Shown: one piece after another, positions 55,661-64,000 of the stretch
Layout: every line of letters begins with the position of its first letter
How positions within the stretch are numbered: the first letter of the stretch is position 1
IMG/VR virus record: IMGVR_UViG_3300024261_000008
Span: 62,001-126,000 of that record
Source: an uncultured virus (IMG/VR IMGVR_UViG_3300024261_000008)
Taxonomy: Duplodnaviria; Heunggongvirae; Uroviricota; Caudoviricetes
Reading direction: 5' to 3' (one strand)
DNA length: 64,000 bases
Program-made: the position numbers and the translations under genes
The notes under the pieces: generated by a model
Seen by the model: only the letters and a program-made list of their open reading frames with translations
Told to the model about the DNA's origin: nothing
Database searches by the model: none

Positions 55661-56242
55661 CTATAAGTAACCTTTGAGATAATTGTTCCATTGACTTGGT
55701 ATCCTATCCTTTATTATATGCAGTTCATGGGTGATTGGCAAGTACCTATTTGATTTTTTTGGACGAACTGGCTTTTTACGCAGTTTTAAGTCTGTTTGAT
55801 TTAACATTTTATTAGATTTTCTGCGATTGCATTTTATGCAGCAGGTTACGATATTTTCCCAAACAGTAGGAGAACTTGATTCTTCCCATTTGGACTTAGG
55901 AATAACATGGTCGTAAGTTAATTGATTTACACTTGGTAAGGCCCCACAGTATTGACAGCTATAATCATCTCTAATAAATATATTTTTTCTAGAAAAAACA
56001 ACATGGTGAGTATTATATATATTAAAATACTTAGCTGTTTTAATAACAGAAGGGACTTGAACAGTGTTCTTGGTGCCTTGTATAAAATCATCAGTATAAT
56101 ATTCTATAATTTCAATAGAAGGCTTTTCATGCATAGAATACTGATATTCCCAAACGATGGCTTTTCTCCAACTGATAATGCCAATCGGAGAAAAGTCAGC
56201 ATTTAATATTAAGCACTTTTTATGATCTTCTATTGTTTTCAT
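55661..56242 (-). CDS. HNH endonuclease (McrA-like)
   Basis: LILNAD..P, RKNIFIRDDYSCQYCG, LTYDHVIPKS, WENIVTCCIKCNRRK. Confidence 0.92.
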   Translation of the reverse strand: MKTIEDHKKCLILNADFSPIGIISWRKAIVWEYQYSMHEKPSIEIIEYYTDDFIQGTKNTVQVPSVIKTAKYFNIYNTHHVVFSRKNIFIRDDYSCQYCGALPSVNQLTYDHVIPKSKWEESSSPTVWENIVTCCIKCNRRKSNKMLNQTDLKLRKKPVRPKKSNRYLPITHELHIIKDRIPSQWNNYLKGYL

Positions 56243-56936
56243 GATTAGATAGCCTATCTACAATATCAGCGATAATTGGATTTCTAACTATATCTATGTC
56301 TTCTAGTCTTTGACATCCTACGCCATAAACATCTTCTAGTATATCAGACAGTGCATAAAAACCACCTTGTTGCTGCCTCATAAGATCAGACTGCTCTACG
56401 TCTCCCGTTAAGATCATTTTGCTATCCATGCCAATTCTAGTCAACAGCATTTTAAGTTGGTCGTAGGATGCATTCTGGCACTCGTCAGCTATGATAAAAG
56501 CATTGTGGAAGCTACGACCCCTCATTAAAGCTAGAGGTACAACTTCAAGTTTTTTCTTGGCTTTTAGCATACCTATATGAGTAGGCATTAAAAAGTGACT
56601 TAGTTCATCAAACAAGGGAAGTAGATAGGGGTGCAGCTTCTCTTCTGCTGTTCCCGGTAAGAAGCCTAGTTTTTCTCCAGCTTCTACTACTGGTCTAGTA
56701 ATAACTATTCTTTCAACTTTCATATCTAATAGATATTCTAAGGCCATTCCTACTGCAATATGAGTCTTACCAGTACCTGCTGCACCTTGGCAAAAAGTAA
56801 TAGTATTCTCAGCTACAGAACGAATATAATCTTTCTGATTAATTGTTTTAGGTTTTAACCTGTTTTTAAATCCAACAATAATCTCTTCAGGCTTTTCAAG
56901 CCTGTTAGTACCAGTGTTCTTTTTTTTCTTTCGCAA
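56220..56936 (-). CDS. phoH: PhoH-family ATPase
   Basis: GAAGTGKT, TRPVVEAGEKLGFLPG, MRGRSF, ADECQN, TGDVEQSD. Likely start is the TTG at 56936 after GAGAGG. Confidence 0.93.
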   Translation of the reverse strand: MRKKKKNTGTNRLEKPEEIIVGFKNRLKPKTINQKDYIRSVAENTITFCQGAAGTGKTHIAVGMALEYLLDMKVERIVITRPVVEAGEKLGFLPGTAEEKLHPYLLPLFDELSHFLMPTHIGMLKAKKKLEVVPLALMRGRSFHNAFIIADECQNASYDQLKMLLTRIGMDSKMILTGDVEQSDLMRQQQGGFYALSDILEDVYGVGCQRLEDIDIVRNPIIADIVDRLSNHENNRRS

Positions 56937-56965
56937 AATAATACCTCTCGGTAAAGGGTTAGAGT

Positions 56966-59167
56966 TTAAATTAGACAAGCACCTCCTGCACAACTAATTT
57001 CCTCTATTCCTGTCGTATTATCCTCTGTTTCTAAGAGTTGTGTATAATCAACTTTAATAAAACTGTCGTAAAGGTCTTTATACCTTTTCCAGTTATATAC
57101 GTCTTTCATACAGTATGTTAGACGTTTTTCATCGCCGTCAAAATAGCTGGCGGCAAATCTATGCATCTTTACAGCAAAAAGTTTTTTATCATCAGGGTCA
57201 CTATCAGCTTCTTGCTTCAAAGTAATATAGTCACATGCGGCCCATAAATTTAAATCAAAAGCATTCAGGCCTAATTCGATTAAACCAGAACACCATAAGG
57301 CAGCATCGCCATATTCTTTCACAATCTCTCTAGGAGTATAGACTGTAGTAAATGGTGCTTGAGGATAATCCTTGTCACCACTCTGAGGAATCAAACTAAT
57401 TCCAGCAAAGAACTTTCTATTATTATATATATATTTAGTTACGGATTCCCATTCTTCGGGCTTTACAGTAACAGTGTTGCTGACGTTGTGACTAAGAAAG
57501 TCCTGTGTACATAACGATCTATTTTTACCAGATTGTACCCAGTTTCTTTGAGCGTCTTTTACAACACCCAGCATTTCTACAGCAGGTAACTGATTCTTTA
57601 GCTTAGAACCGTCAGGAACTTCTATAGGGAATTTTACAACCTCATCTGTATCATTAGCAGACCAAGAAGATTTTTCGCAGGCCTGTGGGTTATAACTCTT
57701 AAAGTGTTGAAAAGGGGCTTCCAGAATATTCGCTTGTACATGTCTAATGTATCTCTTAGCATGGTGAGGATGAATACCGGAACTTGTACCAAGCATAGAA
57801 CTTGAGGTTCCTTCTGGTTTCAAGCAAGTTACTCTAGCTGCCTGATTAATATTAATTATTTTAGCAATCTCTTTGTTTGTATCAACAGCAATCTTAGCAC
57901 CTTTTTTGAGTACTTTCTCTGTCAATACTAAATCATGTTTTTCCATTATTCCTGTTAAAGAGACACCTAGCAATGCTTCTCTTTCAAAGATAGCATTGGT
58001 GACATCACCTAGATATTCTAGGTTTGTAAAGCCTGCTTGCAGAGTTCCAATAATAGCAGCAGCCCGACATCTTTCGTAAAAGTCTTCTTCGTCTACTACA
58101 GAAGAGCAATTAATCGTAGAAAGATTACAACCTTGCCAACCAGACTTACCTGTTTTCTCATCTACAGGCCACATGCCTACTTCTACGCATGGGTTAAATG
58201 TCATCTCTGTGGAGTCGCTCCAGATAAATCCGGGTTCACCGAACTCTTTGACTGAATCCATCAGATTCTTAAATTGTTCGTATGTAGTCTCGTCTTTCAG
58301 AAGTAGAGCGGAGTTGTTACTTCTGGCTCGCTGTGGATTATCTATGTACCAGTTGCCCGTTTTGGCTTTAGCCATTTCTTCATCATCTGCACTAAATAGT
58401 GCTAAGGACGCACTTCTGCGAACACCACCAGATAGTACAGCATCGCTTGAGTGCATAATAATATCATAAGCATCAATCGGTCTGAGTTTTTTGGTCTTAT
58501 TTTCAACGCATTTCTCCAACAGCTCTCTAATTTTTTCTAAGCCATTTTGTAGAGGCTCGAAACCGGGAGCCTTACCTACGCCGGAAGAAAGCACAGCACC
58601 TTTCTCACGAATGTTACTGTAATCAAAGACAATGTACTGATCCTTATATTCTTTAAATTTTTCATCTGTAGGCTTAGTAAAGTACGAACTAAGCAACACG
58701 CCTAAAGCATCAGACCAGCCTTCGATACTATCTTCTATTTTATACTTTACACCTTTTCGCTTATCTTTTTTAGTTTGTATCAATGAAGGAAGTTTAGCTA
58801 CGTGATGCTTTTGGACACTAAAGCCCGTTCCGCTACCGCATAATAACAGCCAGAAACATTCTTGAAAGAATCTTGGACGATCACAATAAGAACTGGTACA
58901 GTTATAGATTTTGGCATGTCGTTTTAATATAGGGTCTCCACCGAACTGCAATGCTCTTTGACTGCCTAGCACTTTCTTTTTATGCATCATACTATAAGCC
59001 CAGTTGATTTGATCTGCTAGGCTTTCTATGCTTCCATATTGAGTATGCATCATTCCTTGTACACGCTCTACTGCTTCTTTCCAAGTCTCTCTTCTGTTTT
59101 CTGATTCTACCCAACGTGCGTACTTGCTAACAAAAGTATAGTTCTGTAATTCATTTAACGCCGACAT
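56966..59167 (-). CDS. nrdJ: Ribonucleotide reductase, probably class II (adenosylcobalamin-dependent, RTPR-like)
   Basis: SKYARW...RRETW, YNC, SGGVRRSA, NPCVE, GCNL, TCLKPEGTSS, C-terminal CAGGAC; no beta-subunit gene adjacent. Confidence 0.8.
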   Translation of the reverse strand: MSALNELQNYTFVSKYARWVESENRRETWKEAVERVQGMMHTQYGSIESLADQINWAYSMMHKKKVLGSQRALQFGGDPILKRHAKIYNCTSSYCDRPRFFQECFWLLLCGSGTGFSVQKHHVAKLPSLIQTKKDKRKGVKYKIEDSIEGWSDALGVLLSSYFTKPTDEKFKEYKDQYIVFDYSNIREKGAVLSSGVGKAPGFEPLQNGLEKIRELLEKCVENKTKKLRPIDAYDIIMHSSDAVLSGGVRRSASLALFSADDEEMAKAKTGNWYIDNPQRARSNNSALLLKDETTYEQFKNLMDSVKEFGEPGFIWSDSTEMTFNPCVEVGMWPVDEKTGKSGWQGCNLSTINCSSVVDEEDFYERCRAAAIIGTLQAGFTNLEYLGDVTNAIFEREALLGVSLTGIMEKHDLVLTEKVLKKGAKIAVDTNKEIAKIININQAARVTCLKPEGTSSSMLGTSSGIHPHHAKRYIRHVQANILEAPFQHFKSYNPQACEKSSWSANDTDEVVKFPIEVPDGSKLKNQLPAVEMLGVVKDAQRNWVQSGKNRSLCTQDFLSHNVSNTVTVKPEEWESVTKYIYNNRKFFAGISLIPQSGDKDYPQAPFTTVYTPREIVKEYGDAALWCSGLIELGLNAFDLNLWAACDYITLKQEADSDPDDKKLFAVKMHRFAASYFDGDEKRLTYCMKDVYNWKRYKDLYDSFIKVDYTQLLETEDNTTGIEEISCAGGACLI

Positions 59168-59226
59168 TGCATCTCCTGATCAAAATGAAAGTATAATAAA
59201 TTATTTGTTTGTCCTTGTGATATCAC

Positions 59227-59685
59227 TTATATACACCGCTTTAACCAAGATATATCTGCTTCTTTATATAAAATTTTCATTCCAGAATTTTTTATAAAAA
59301 AATCAAAACGATTTTTGGCTTCTTCGTCAAATAAATGTGTACCATGATTTTTTGCCATAACTACGGTTTCTACGCCTTCTTGCCAAAGGGCCATAATACA
59401 GTCGTTACAACATTGTCCGGTCACATAAGCAATTCCTTTATCTGGTCTAATTACACAGTTTGAGAGTGCATTTCTTTCAGCATGAATCATCCACGGATAC
59501 TTCTCAGGACGAGTAGTAGGCAGAGATGAGTCATCCATTCCTCTAGGGAATCCATTGTATCCTACTCCTATAATTCTATGATCAGCATCTGTAATGACAC
59601 AACCGTGTTGAGTTTCAGTATCGTGACTCCGTTGAGCCACAACCTGTGCTATTCCTAAAAAATAATCATCCCACTCTGGTCGCAT
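59227..59685 (-). CDS. dCMP deaminase
   Basis: WDDYF, GYNGFPRG, HAERNA, CNDC. Confidence 0.9.
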   Translation of the reverse strand: MRPEWDDYFLGIAQVVAQRSHDTETQHGCVITDADHRIIGVGYNGFPRGMDDSSLPTTRPEKYPWMIHAERNALSNCVIRPDKGIAYVTGQCCNDCIMALWQEGVETVVMAKNHGTHLFDEEAKNRFDFFIKNSGMKILYKEADISWLKRCI

Positions 59686-59724
59686 CTTTATTTTACCTAT
59701 TTTGAAAAGAGTTAGTACCTACCT

Positions 59725-59752
59725 ATTATAGTTAAAATCGTTATGAAGTCAA
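59725..59752 (-). promoter_or_regulatory. Sigma70-like promoter TTGACT-N16-TATAAT
   Basis: Minus strand reads TTGACT tcataacgattttaac TATAAT; the -35 contains the upstream TGA stop. Confidence 0.7.
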
Positions 59753-60336
59753 GAAGGATTATAATTTTTTGAGTAGTCTCCAACAACAAAATCCATATAG
59801 TGATAGTAATATATAATGTCTTGCTGTCTCTGAGTTAACGCTATAGATTTTTTAATTAGGCTTTTATTAGTATGCGGAAAGTTGTTAAGTATATCAAACC
59901 TTTCTGGACCATCACCGTGATATATGTCTTCATTGTTTAAAAATTCTTCAATGATATTTTCACATTTTATTAGATGTGTATATTGCGGATATACTATGCT
60001 GACAGGCATTTGTACTGCTTGCTTAGAGTGTAACATTAACCACTCATCAAATGATATGGCATCATTTTCCATTTGTATATGCCACTTCCATTGACTAATA
60101 ACTCTATCATATGGGTTTCTAATCGGTAAATATCTTTTCCAGCCTTCTTGCATAACTAGTTCAGGAACCGTGGCTGAATGCGGATTTGTCCATAGTGTAG
60201 GCTCCCAGCTATAGTGTGGATTGCTACCCAGAAACCTAGTATAGCAATTCCATTGATTAAAGAAGTCTATTATACTACTAGAATAATTTTTAAAAGGCGT
60301 ATAAATACAAAATCTCTTCTTACGGTTTACTATCAT
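59749..60336 (-). CDS. Sulfotransferase-family protein (Sulfotransfer_2-like)
   Basis: 5'-PSB-like PFKNYSSSI, 3'-PB-like IRNPYDRVISQW, IKCEN, PHTNKS, YxxDF tail. Confidence 0.7.
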   Translation of the reverse strand: MIVNRKKRFCIYTPFKNYSSSIIDFFNQWNCYTRFLGSNPHYSWEPTLWTNPHSATVPELVMQEGWKRYLPIRNPYDRVISQWKWHIQMENDAISFDEWLMLHSKQAVQMPVSIVYPQYTHLIKCENIIEEFLNNEDIYHGDGPERFDILNNFPHTNKSLIKKSIALTQRQQDIIYYYHYMDFVVGDYSKNYNPS

Positions 60337-61724
60337 AAATCACCTATCTGTGGTTCGCTGAAGTTACTTATTATATAGTTTTGATTCTTATTAGTTTTAT
60401 TAAATTCATTATCCAGTTCTAGGCCAGTAAATTTCTGTACAATAGTTTTTTCATTAAGTTTATGGTCTTTAATTAAAATTACATTTTCTAGTTCTTCTAT
60501 TGGATGTTCGTATCTAATATTGCCTTCTAATAATATTATCTTGTGATTCATTAATAAAGATTCTAATACTACTACAGGACAAGGGTCACGGTTACTAGTT
60601 AACATAAAATAGTCTAATTTTTCTAGTTGTCTATACGGGTTTTCTGTTACAGGCAGGCAGGAAAGATTTGCTTCATTATGCGGAAATTCTCCTCCTATCC
60701 AAATGAAATCATATTCGGGATTATTCTTTGCTAGTAAAGCAAATAATCTGGGATTTTTGCGACTACATACAGTACCGCACATTCCTATTTTAATACGTTT
60801 GTTTTTTCTTGTTCTTTTTTTAGTTTTTAAAATTTTAGCTTGACGAGTAGGATGTATAAATTCTGGAACCAGTTTACATTTTTCTTTAATCTCTGGTGGT
60901 AAATTAAAGTTTTGCATTATTTTATCTGCTACAAAATACGTAGATTTAAACTGTGATATCAGTGTTATAATTTCTTTTCTGTTTGAGCCAAAACATCTGT
61001 ATAGATCATTATAGGTCTCATGGAGATGTAATATTGTACGACTTAGATATTTTTCAAAAACTTTATAGTCTTTAGTTATCCTAGTCATAGAGTTTGAGTA
61101 AATCAATCTGGGTTCATTAGCATCTAATATGTCTTTAAGTATATTGGTATTGCCAAAGTAGTATAGCTTTTGTATAGATTTGTGTAATTTGAAACAGTTT
61201 GAGGGGAAAATATCTAACCATACAACTTTCTCTCCTTTATCAACAAGCCAATTAGCTAAATCTTGTAAGTAAAAAGGAGCACCTGTTCTGCTAGTATGGT
61301 GATTCACTAGAACAATAGCATCATCGTCAAAAAATATTTCTTGCTCTATTAAAAACTTATTTAGTTCTTGATAAGACATGCCTATATCCCATAATCTACC
61401 TTCTCCATAACCATGCTGCATGAAGTGGGAACTAGGACATTTTAGCCTCTTTATCTCCGGGTTAATAAATAAATATATATCAGAATCGAAACTACTAGGT
61501 AATTCAAGAAGTGTCTTGTGATACAGATTTTTAGTAGACCTGTTTTCTTTTTGTCCCGACATTAAATAGTGCAGATATAAATCAAATTTATTAAACAGTA
61601 GGTTCTCTTGCAGGTCTGGGTTTACGTCTAAATACTCTATATGATTAAAGTCCGGCTCCAGTGTCCTCACAGATTTATAGAGGATGGACTGCTCGTCGAT
61701 ACATTTTTTGAAATGTTTTCGCAT
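60333..61724 (-). CDS. GT-B (GT4-like) glycosyltransferase with two N-terminal YLxxNP repeats
   Basis: HHTSRTGAP, HLHE, GMCGTVCSRKNP..F, FIWIGG, DYFMLTSNRDPCPVVVLES. Confidence 0.8.
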   Translation of the reverse strand: MRKHFKKCIDEQSILYKSVRTLEPDFNHIEYLDVNPDLQENLLFNKFDLYLHYLMSGQKENRSTKNLYHKTLLELPSSFDSDIYLFINPEIKRLKCPSSHFMQHGYGEGRLWDIGMSYQELNKFLIEQEIFFDDDAIVLVNHHTSRTGAPFYLQDLANWLVDKGEKVVWLDIFPSNCFKLHKSIQKLYYFGNTNILKDILDANEPRLIYSNSMTRITKDYKVFEKYLSRTILHLHETYNDLYRCFGSNRKEIITLISQFKSTYFVADKIMQNFNLPPEIKEKCKLVPEFIHPTRQAKILKTKKRTRKNKRIKIGMCGTVCSRKNPRLFALLAKNNPEYDFIWIGGEFPHNEANLSCLPVTENPYRQLEKLDYFMLTSNRDPCPVVVLESLLMNHKIILLEGNIRYEHPIEELENVILIKDHKLNEKTIVQKFTGLELDNEFNKTNKNQNYIISNFSEPQIGDL

Positions 61725-62212
61725 GATTTTTTATCTCTTTGTGATATAACGCTAGGCGTTGCCACAGGCCAAATAATATTAAATGCAGGGTCACACCAGC
61801 AATGCCCCATATCGTGCTTAGGTTCGTATACAGAATCTTGTTGATGGTAAAGTTTACAACTTTCCTGTACAAAAAACCCATGACCACAATTTGGAGGAAT
61901 GTAAATACTGTTTAATTTTTCAGAATCAATAGTGGTTCCAAAATATTGATTGTATGTTTCACTCTCTGGTCTTAAGTCTACACATACAATATACACCTTA
62001 CCGGCAAGACAACTAATTAATTTTCCATAAGGAGTCTGGTGTATTCCAGAAATTGTACCGACTGTAGCTTCTTCATAATTTGTTTGAAATGCAACAAATT
62101 GAGGTAGAGCACAACGCTTGTACATTTCTGCAAACACTCCAAGGTGTCTCTGCTTTATCTCTGGATACATTACTACGCAGCCTAAAATAAAAGTGTCTCT
62201 AATCTCAATCAT
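61667..62212 (-). CDS. rmlC: dTDP-4-dehydrorhamnose 3,5-epimerase-like protein
   Basis: GTISGIH, KLISCLAG, VDLRPESETY, IYIPPNCGHGF, DPAFNIIWP, ISQRD. Confidence 0.8.
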   Translation of the reverse strand: MIEIRDTFILGCVVMYPEIKQRHLGVFAEMYKRCALPQFVAFQTNYEEATVGTISGIHQTPYGKLISCLAGKVYIVCVDLRPESETYNQYFGTTIDSEKLNSIYIPPNCGHGFFVQESCKLYHQQDSVYEPKHDMGHCWCDPAFNIIWPVATPSVISQRDKKSCENISKNVSTSSPSSINL

Positions 62213-62213
62213 T

Positions 62214-63203
62214 TTAATTTTTCCAGTAAGAATAAATATTTTTATCTATTTCATAAAAAGGCCAAATGAACCTTTCACGTTTAGGTTGCTTTTTAGCCCA
62301 ATCCCACATATCAACTAGACCTTCTTTTAGATCGGTCTTGTGTTCAAAATCTAATAAGTCTATAGATTTTTGGTAAGTAGCGAAAGCATGTTTTACTTCG
62401 TGTCTACTCTCTAAATGTTTTTTAGAACCATCTCCTATGATATTTAACAAAGTGTCACAGGCGAAATTTATAGAAAATTCTTTCATTCCTCCTAGATTAA
62501 TAATTTGCTTAGATGCTCTGGAGTCAACCGCTGATTTAAATAGTGGTTCTACGCTGTCATTAATATGGCTGAATGCTCTTGTCTGATGACCATCTCCAAA
62601 TATAGTCATAGGTTCATTGTTTAATGCCTGATACATCCATATTCCTAATACGTTTCTGTATTTATCCCAAATGTTCTGTTTGCGACCATAAACATTATGG
62701 GGTCTAATAACACACCAATCTAAACCGTGTTGCTCTCCTGCTATGCGTATATCGCACTCAGCAGCATATTTAGCGACTCCATATGGATCAATAGGCATAG
62801 GCTGCATATCTTCATCGAATGGTGCTTCTAAGTTACCATATGTAGCCATAGTAGAAGTAAATACAAGTCTCTCTACTCCATTCATGATACAGCAGTTGAC
62901 CACATTTGCGGTTGCCTTGAGATTATTTTCATAATTAAAACATCTAATAAAAGGACTCAATCCTTCCGCTGCATAAGCGGCTAGATGAAATACATAATCC
63001 GGTTTAATTCTAGCAAAATAGTTCTTAAAGTCAGAGTGGTTGCAACTAATTTTATTATGGTTTACGCGAGGGTCTATATTGTTTTCATATCCTCCACTCA
63101 TATCATCAGCACCATAGACTATCCAATCTGTACTATCTAATATATAGTCTGCTAAGTTAGAGCCTAGAAGTCCAGCATTACCAGTTATTAAGCATTTTGT
63201 CAT
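62214..63203 (-). CDS. NAD-dependent nucleotide-sugar epimerase/dehydratase
   Basis: TGNAGLLG, FHLAA, FTSTMATYG, YGVAK, RPHNVYG, GDGHQTRAF. Confidence 0.92.
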   Translation of the reverse strand: MTKCLITGNAGLLGSNLADYILDSTDWIVYGADDMSGGYENNIDPRVNHNKISCNHSDFKNYFARIKPDYVFHLAAYAAEGLSPFIRCFNYENNLKATANVVNCCIMNGVERLVFTSTMATYGNLEAPFDEDMQPMPIDPYGVAKYAAECDIRIAGEQHGLDWCVIRPHNVYGRKQNIWDKYRNVLGIWMYQALNNEPMTIFGDGHQTRAFSHINDSVEPLFKSAVDSRASKQIINLGGMKEFSINFACDTLLNIIGDGSKKHLESRHEVKHAFATYQKSIDLLDFEHKTDLKEGLVDMWDWAKKQPKRERFIWPFYEIDKNIYSYWKN

Positions 63204-63211
63204 TGTTGCCT

Positions 63212-63982
63212 CTATATCATTTTAGAATTATTTATTGGGTTGTGCTTCGGTTGATTTTGCCATTTAGTAGCAAAAAACTTTTTACATTCTGCCTCTATCG
63301 ACTGCTCTTTAACTTTAGCTTCTGTACTCTTTCTGCTTACTGAAACGAAATGATAAAAGGCACATTCATAAGTTCTTAGCATTTTCCATCCGTTGAGTTC
63401 ACACTTTAAGAAAAAATCCCAATCAGTGTATGAACCTGTTAAGGTAGGATATTCTATATCAAAACCTCCACAAGACATATAATTCAACCTACTCATATAT
63501 ATGGGATAGGTAGAGCCTGTGTCTTCAATCAGGTCTTTCCTTTGGGACTTTTCAAACTTCCAAAAACCTTCTAGGTCAAATTTTGCTGGGTCTTTACCAC
63601 AGTCCTTAATAATAAACTGACTAAACATACTGTTGTAAGGTTCAATCTGGTTAGGTGCTATGACTGAATTTGTGACATCTAGCTTTCCCAAAATAGTGTC
63701 CCATTCCTTGGGGAAAACATTGTCATCATTTGTAATAAGCACACGCTTATTTTTAGCTAAAGACACTCCAAGGTTTTGTGCTCTGGTCATTCCAACATTG
63801 TTAGGTAGGACGACAGGGTGTATTTGGCTGTAGTATTTACTGAGAACATCTGTATTGACCTCAAGGGTTCCATCAACAACAACTAATATCTCGTTGAGTT
63901 TTTCCTGTCCTTCAATAACAGACCGTAAACATAAGTCTAATGCTTGAGGAGTCTTAAATGTTGGTATAATTACACTAATCAT
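63212..63982 (-). CDS. GT2-family glycosyltransferase
   Basis: ISVIIPT, VVVDG, NVGMTRAQNLG, TNDDN, GGFD, DWDF. Confidence 0.9.
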   Translation of the reverse strand: MISVIIPTFKTPQALDLCLRSVIEGQEKLNEILVVVDGTLEVNTDVLSKYYSQIHPVVLPNNVGMTRAQNLGVSLAKNKRVLITNDDNVFPKEWDTILGKLDVTNSVIAPNQIEPYNSMFSQFIIKDCGKDPAKFDLEGFWKFEKSQRKDLIEDTGSTYPIYMSRLNYMSCGGFDIEYPTLTGSYTDWDFFLKCELNGWKMLRTYECAFYHFVSVSRKSTEAKVKEQSIEAECKKFFATKWQNQPKHNPINNSKMI

Positions 63983-64000
63983 ATTGTCTGTAGTATTCTC

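Larger units (their letters stand above)
1..64000. mobile_element. Internal segment of a large tailed bacteriophage genome, possibly a jumbo phage, with a probable Planctomycetota/PVC host
   Basis: Tape-measure-like and tail-fibre-like giant genes; own DnaE/DnaB/DnaG/SSB/RecA/RNR/PhoH/dNMP kinase; very short intergenic gaps; no cellular housekeeping context. The host is inferred from the DUF1559 gene. Confidence 0.9.

Noticed and set aside
56937..56993. ORF-track N-terminal extension of phoH
   Set aside because: It overlaps the RNR end; the TTG at 56936 follows GAGAGG.
1..64000. Eukaryotic giant-virus origin, suggested by the Cys-rich proteins and glycosylation genes
   Set aside because: Shine-Dalgarno sites, sigma70-like promoters, overlapping operons and DnaE/DnaB/DnaG/SSB indicate a bacteriophage.
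1..64000. Stop-codon reassignment, tRNAs, introns, diversity-generating retroelement
   Set aside because: Genes are full-length under the standard code and use all three stops; intergenic gaps are too short for such RNAs; no reverse transcriptase or template/variable repeat pair seen. Checked by eye only.
63979..64000. Possible 3' end of a further minus-strand gene (ATGA overlap with the GT2 start)
   Set aside because: Only about 6 codons are visible, too little to call.

Overview
The window reads as an internal segment of a large, AT-rich, gene-dense tailed-phage genome (standard genetic code, Shine-Dalgarno sites, ATGA/TAATG gene overlaps) with two convergent arms. The + arm (1-31100) is a virion/tail module of very large genes: a 5'-truncated tape-measure-like protein of more than 3000 aa, a beta-roll tail fibre/adhesin, two probable tail proteins, a 3030-aa Cys-rich protein and a DUF6171-like Cys protein. 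The - arm (31040-64000) encodes a bacterial-type replisome (two-gene DnaE, DEDDh exonuclease, DnaG, DnaB, SSB), recombination genes (RecA/UvsX, RecB-like nuclease, possible annealing protein), nucleotide metabolism (class II RNR, dCMP deaminase, dNMP kinase), PhoH, several endonucleases and two glycosylation clusters. A DUF1559 prepilin-like gene suggests a Planctomycetota (PVC) host, by inference. Most notable: (1) the tape-measure protein is punctuated by four DTVPAMLTPGE modules and many [FY]xxGG motifs that bracket apparent cargo domains (two PD-(D/E)xK-like, one GNAT-like), suggesting a processed, injected effector polyprotein; (2) an intein-free split DnaE with the proofreading gene between its halves; (3) a phage-borne DUF1559 pilin-like gene; (4) five sigma70-like promoters, four with 16-bp spacers, placed at gene ends. 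All family calls come from motif recognition by eye; no searches were run.
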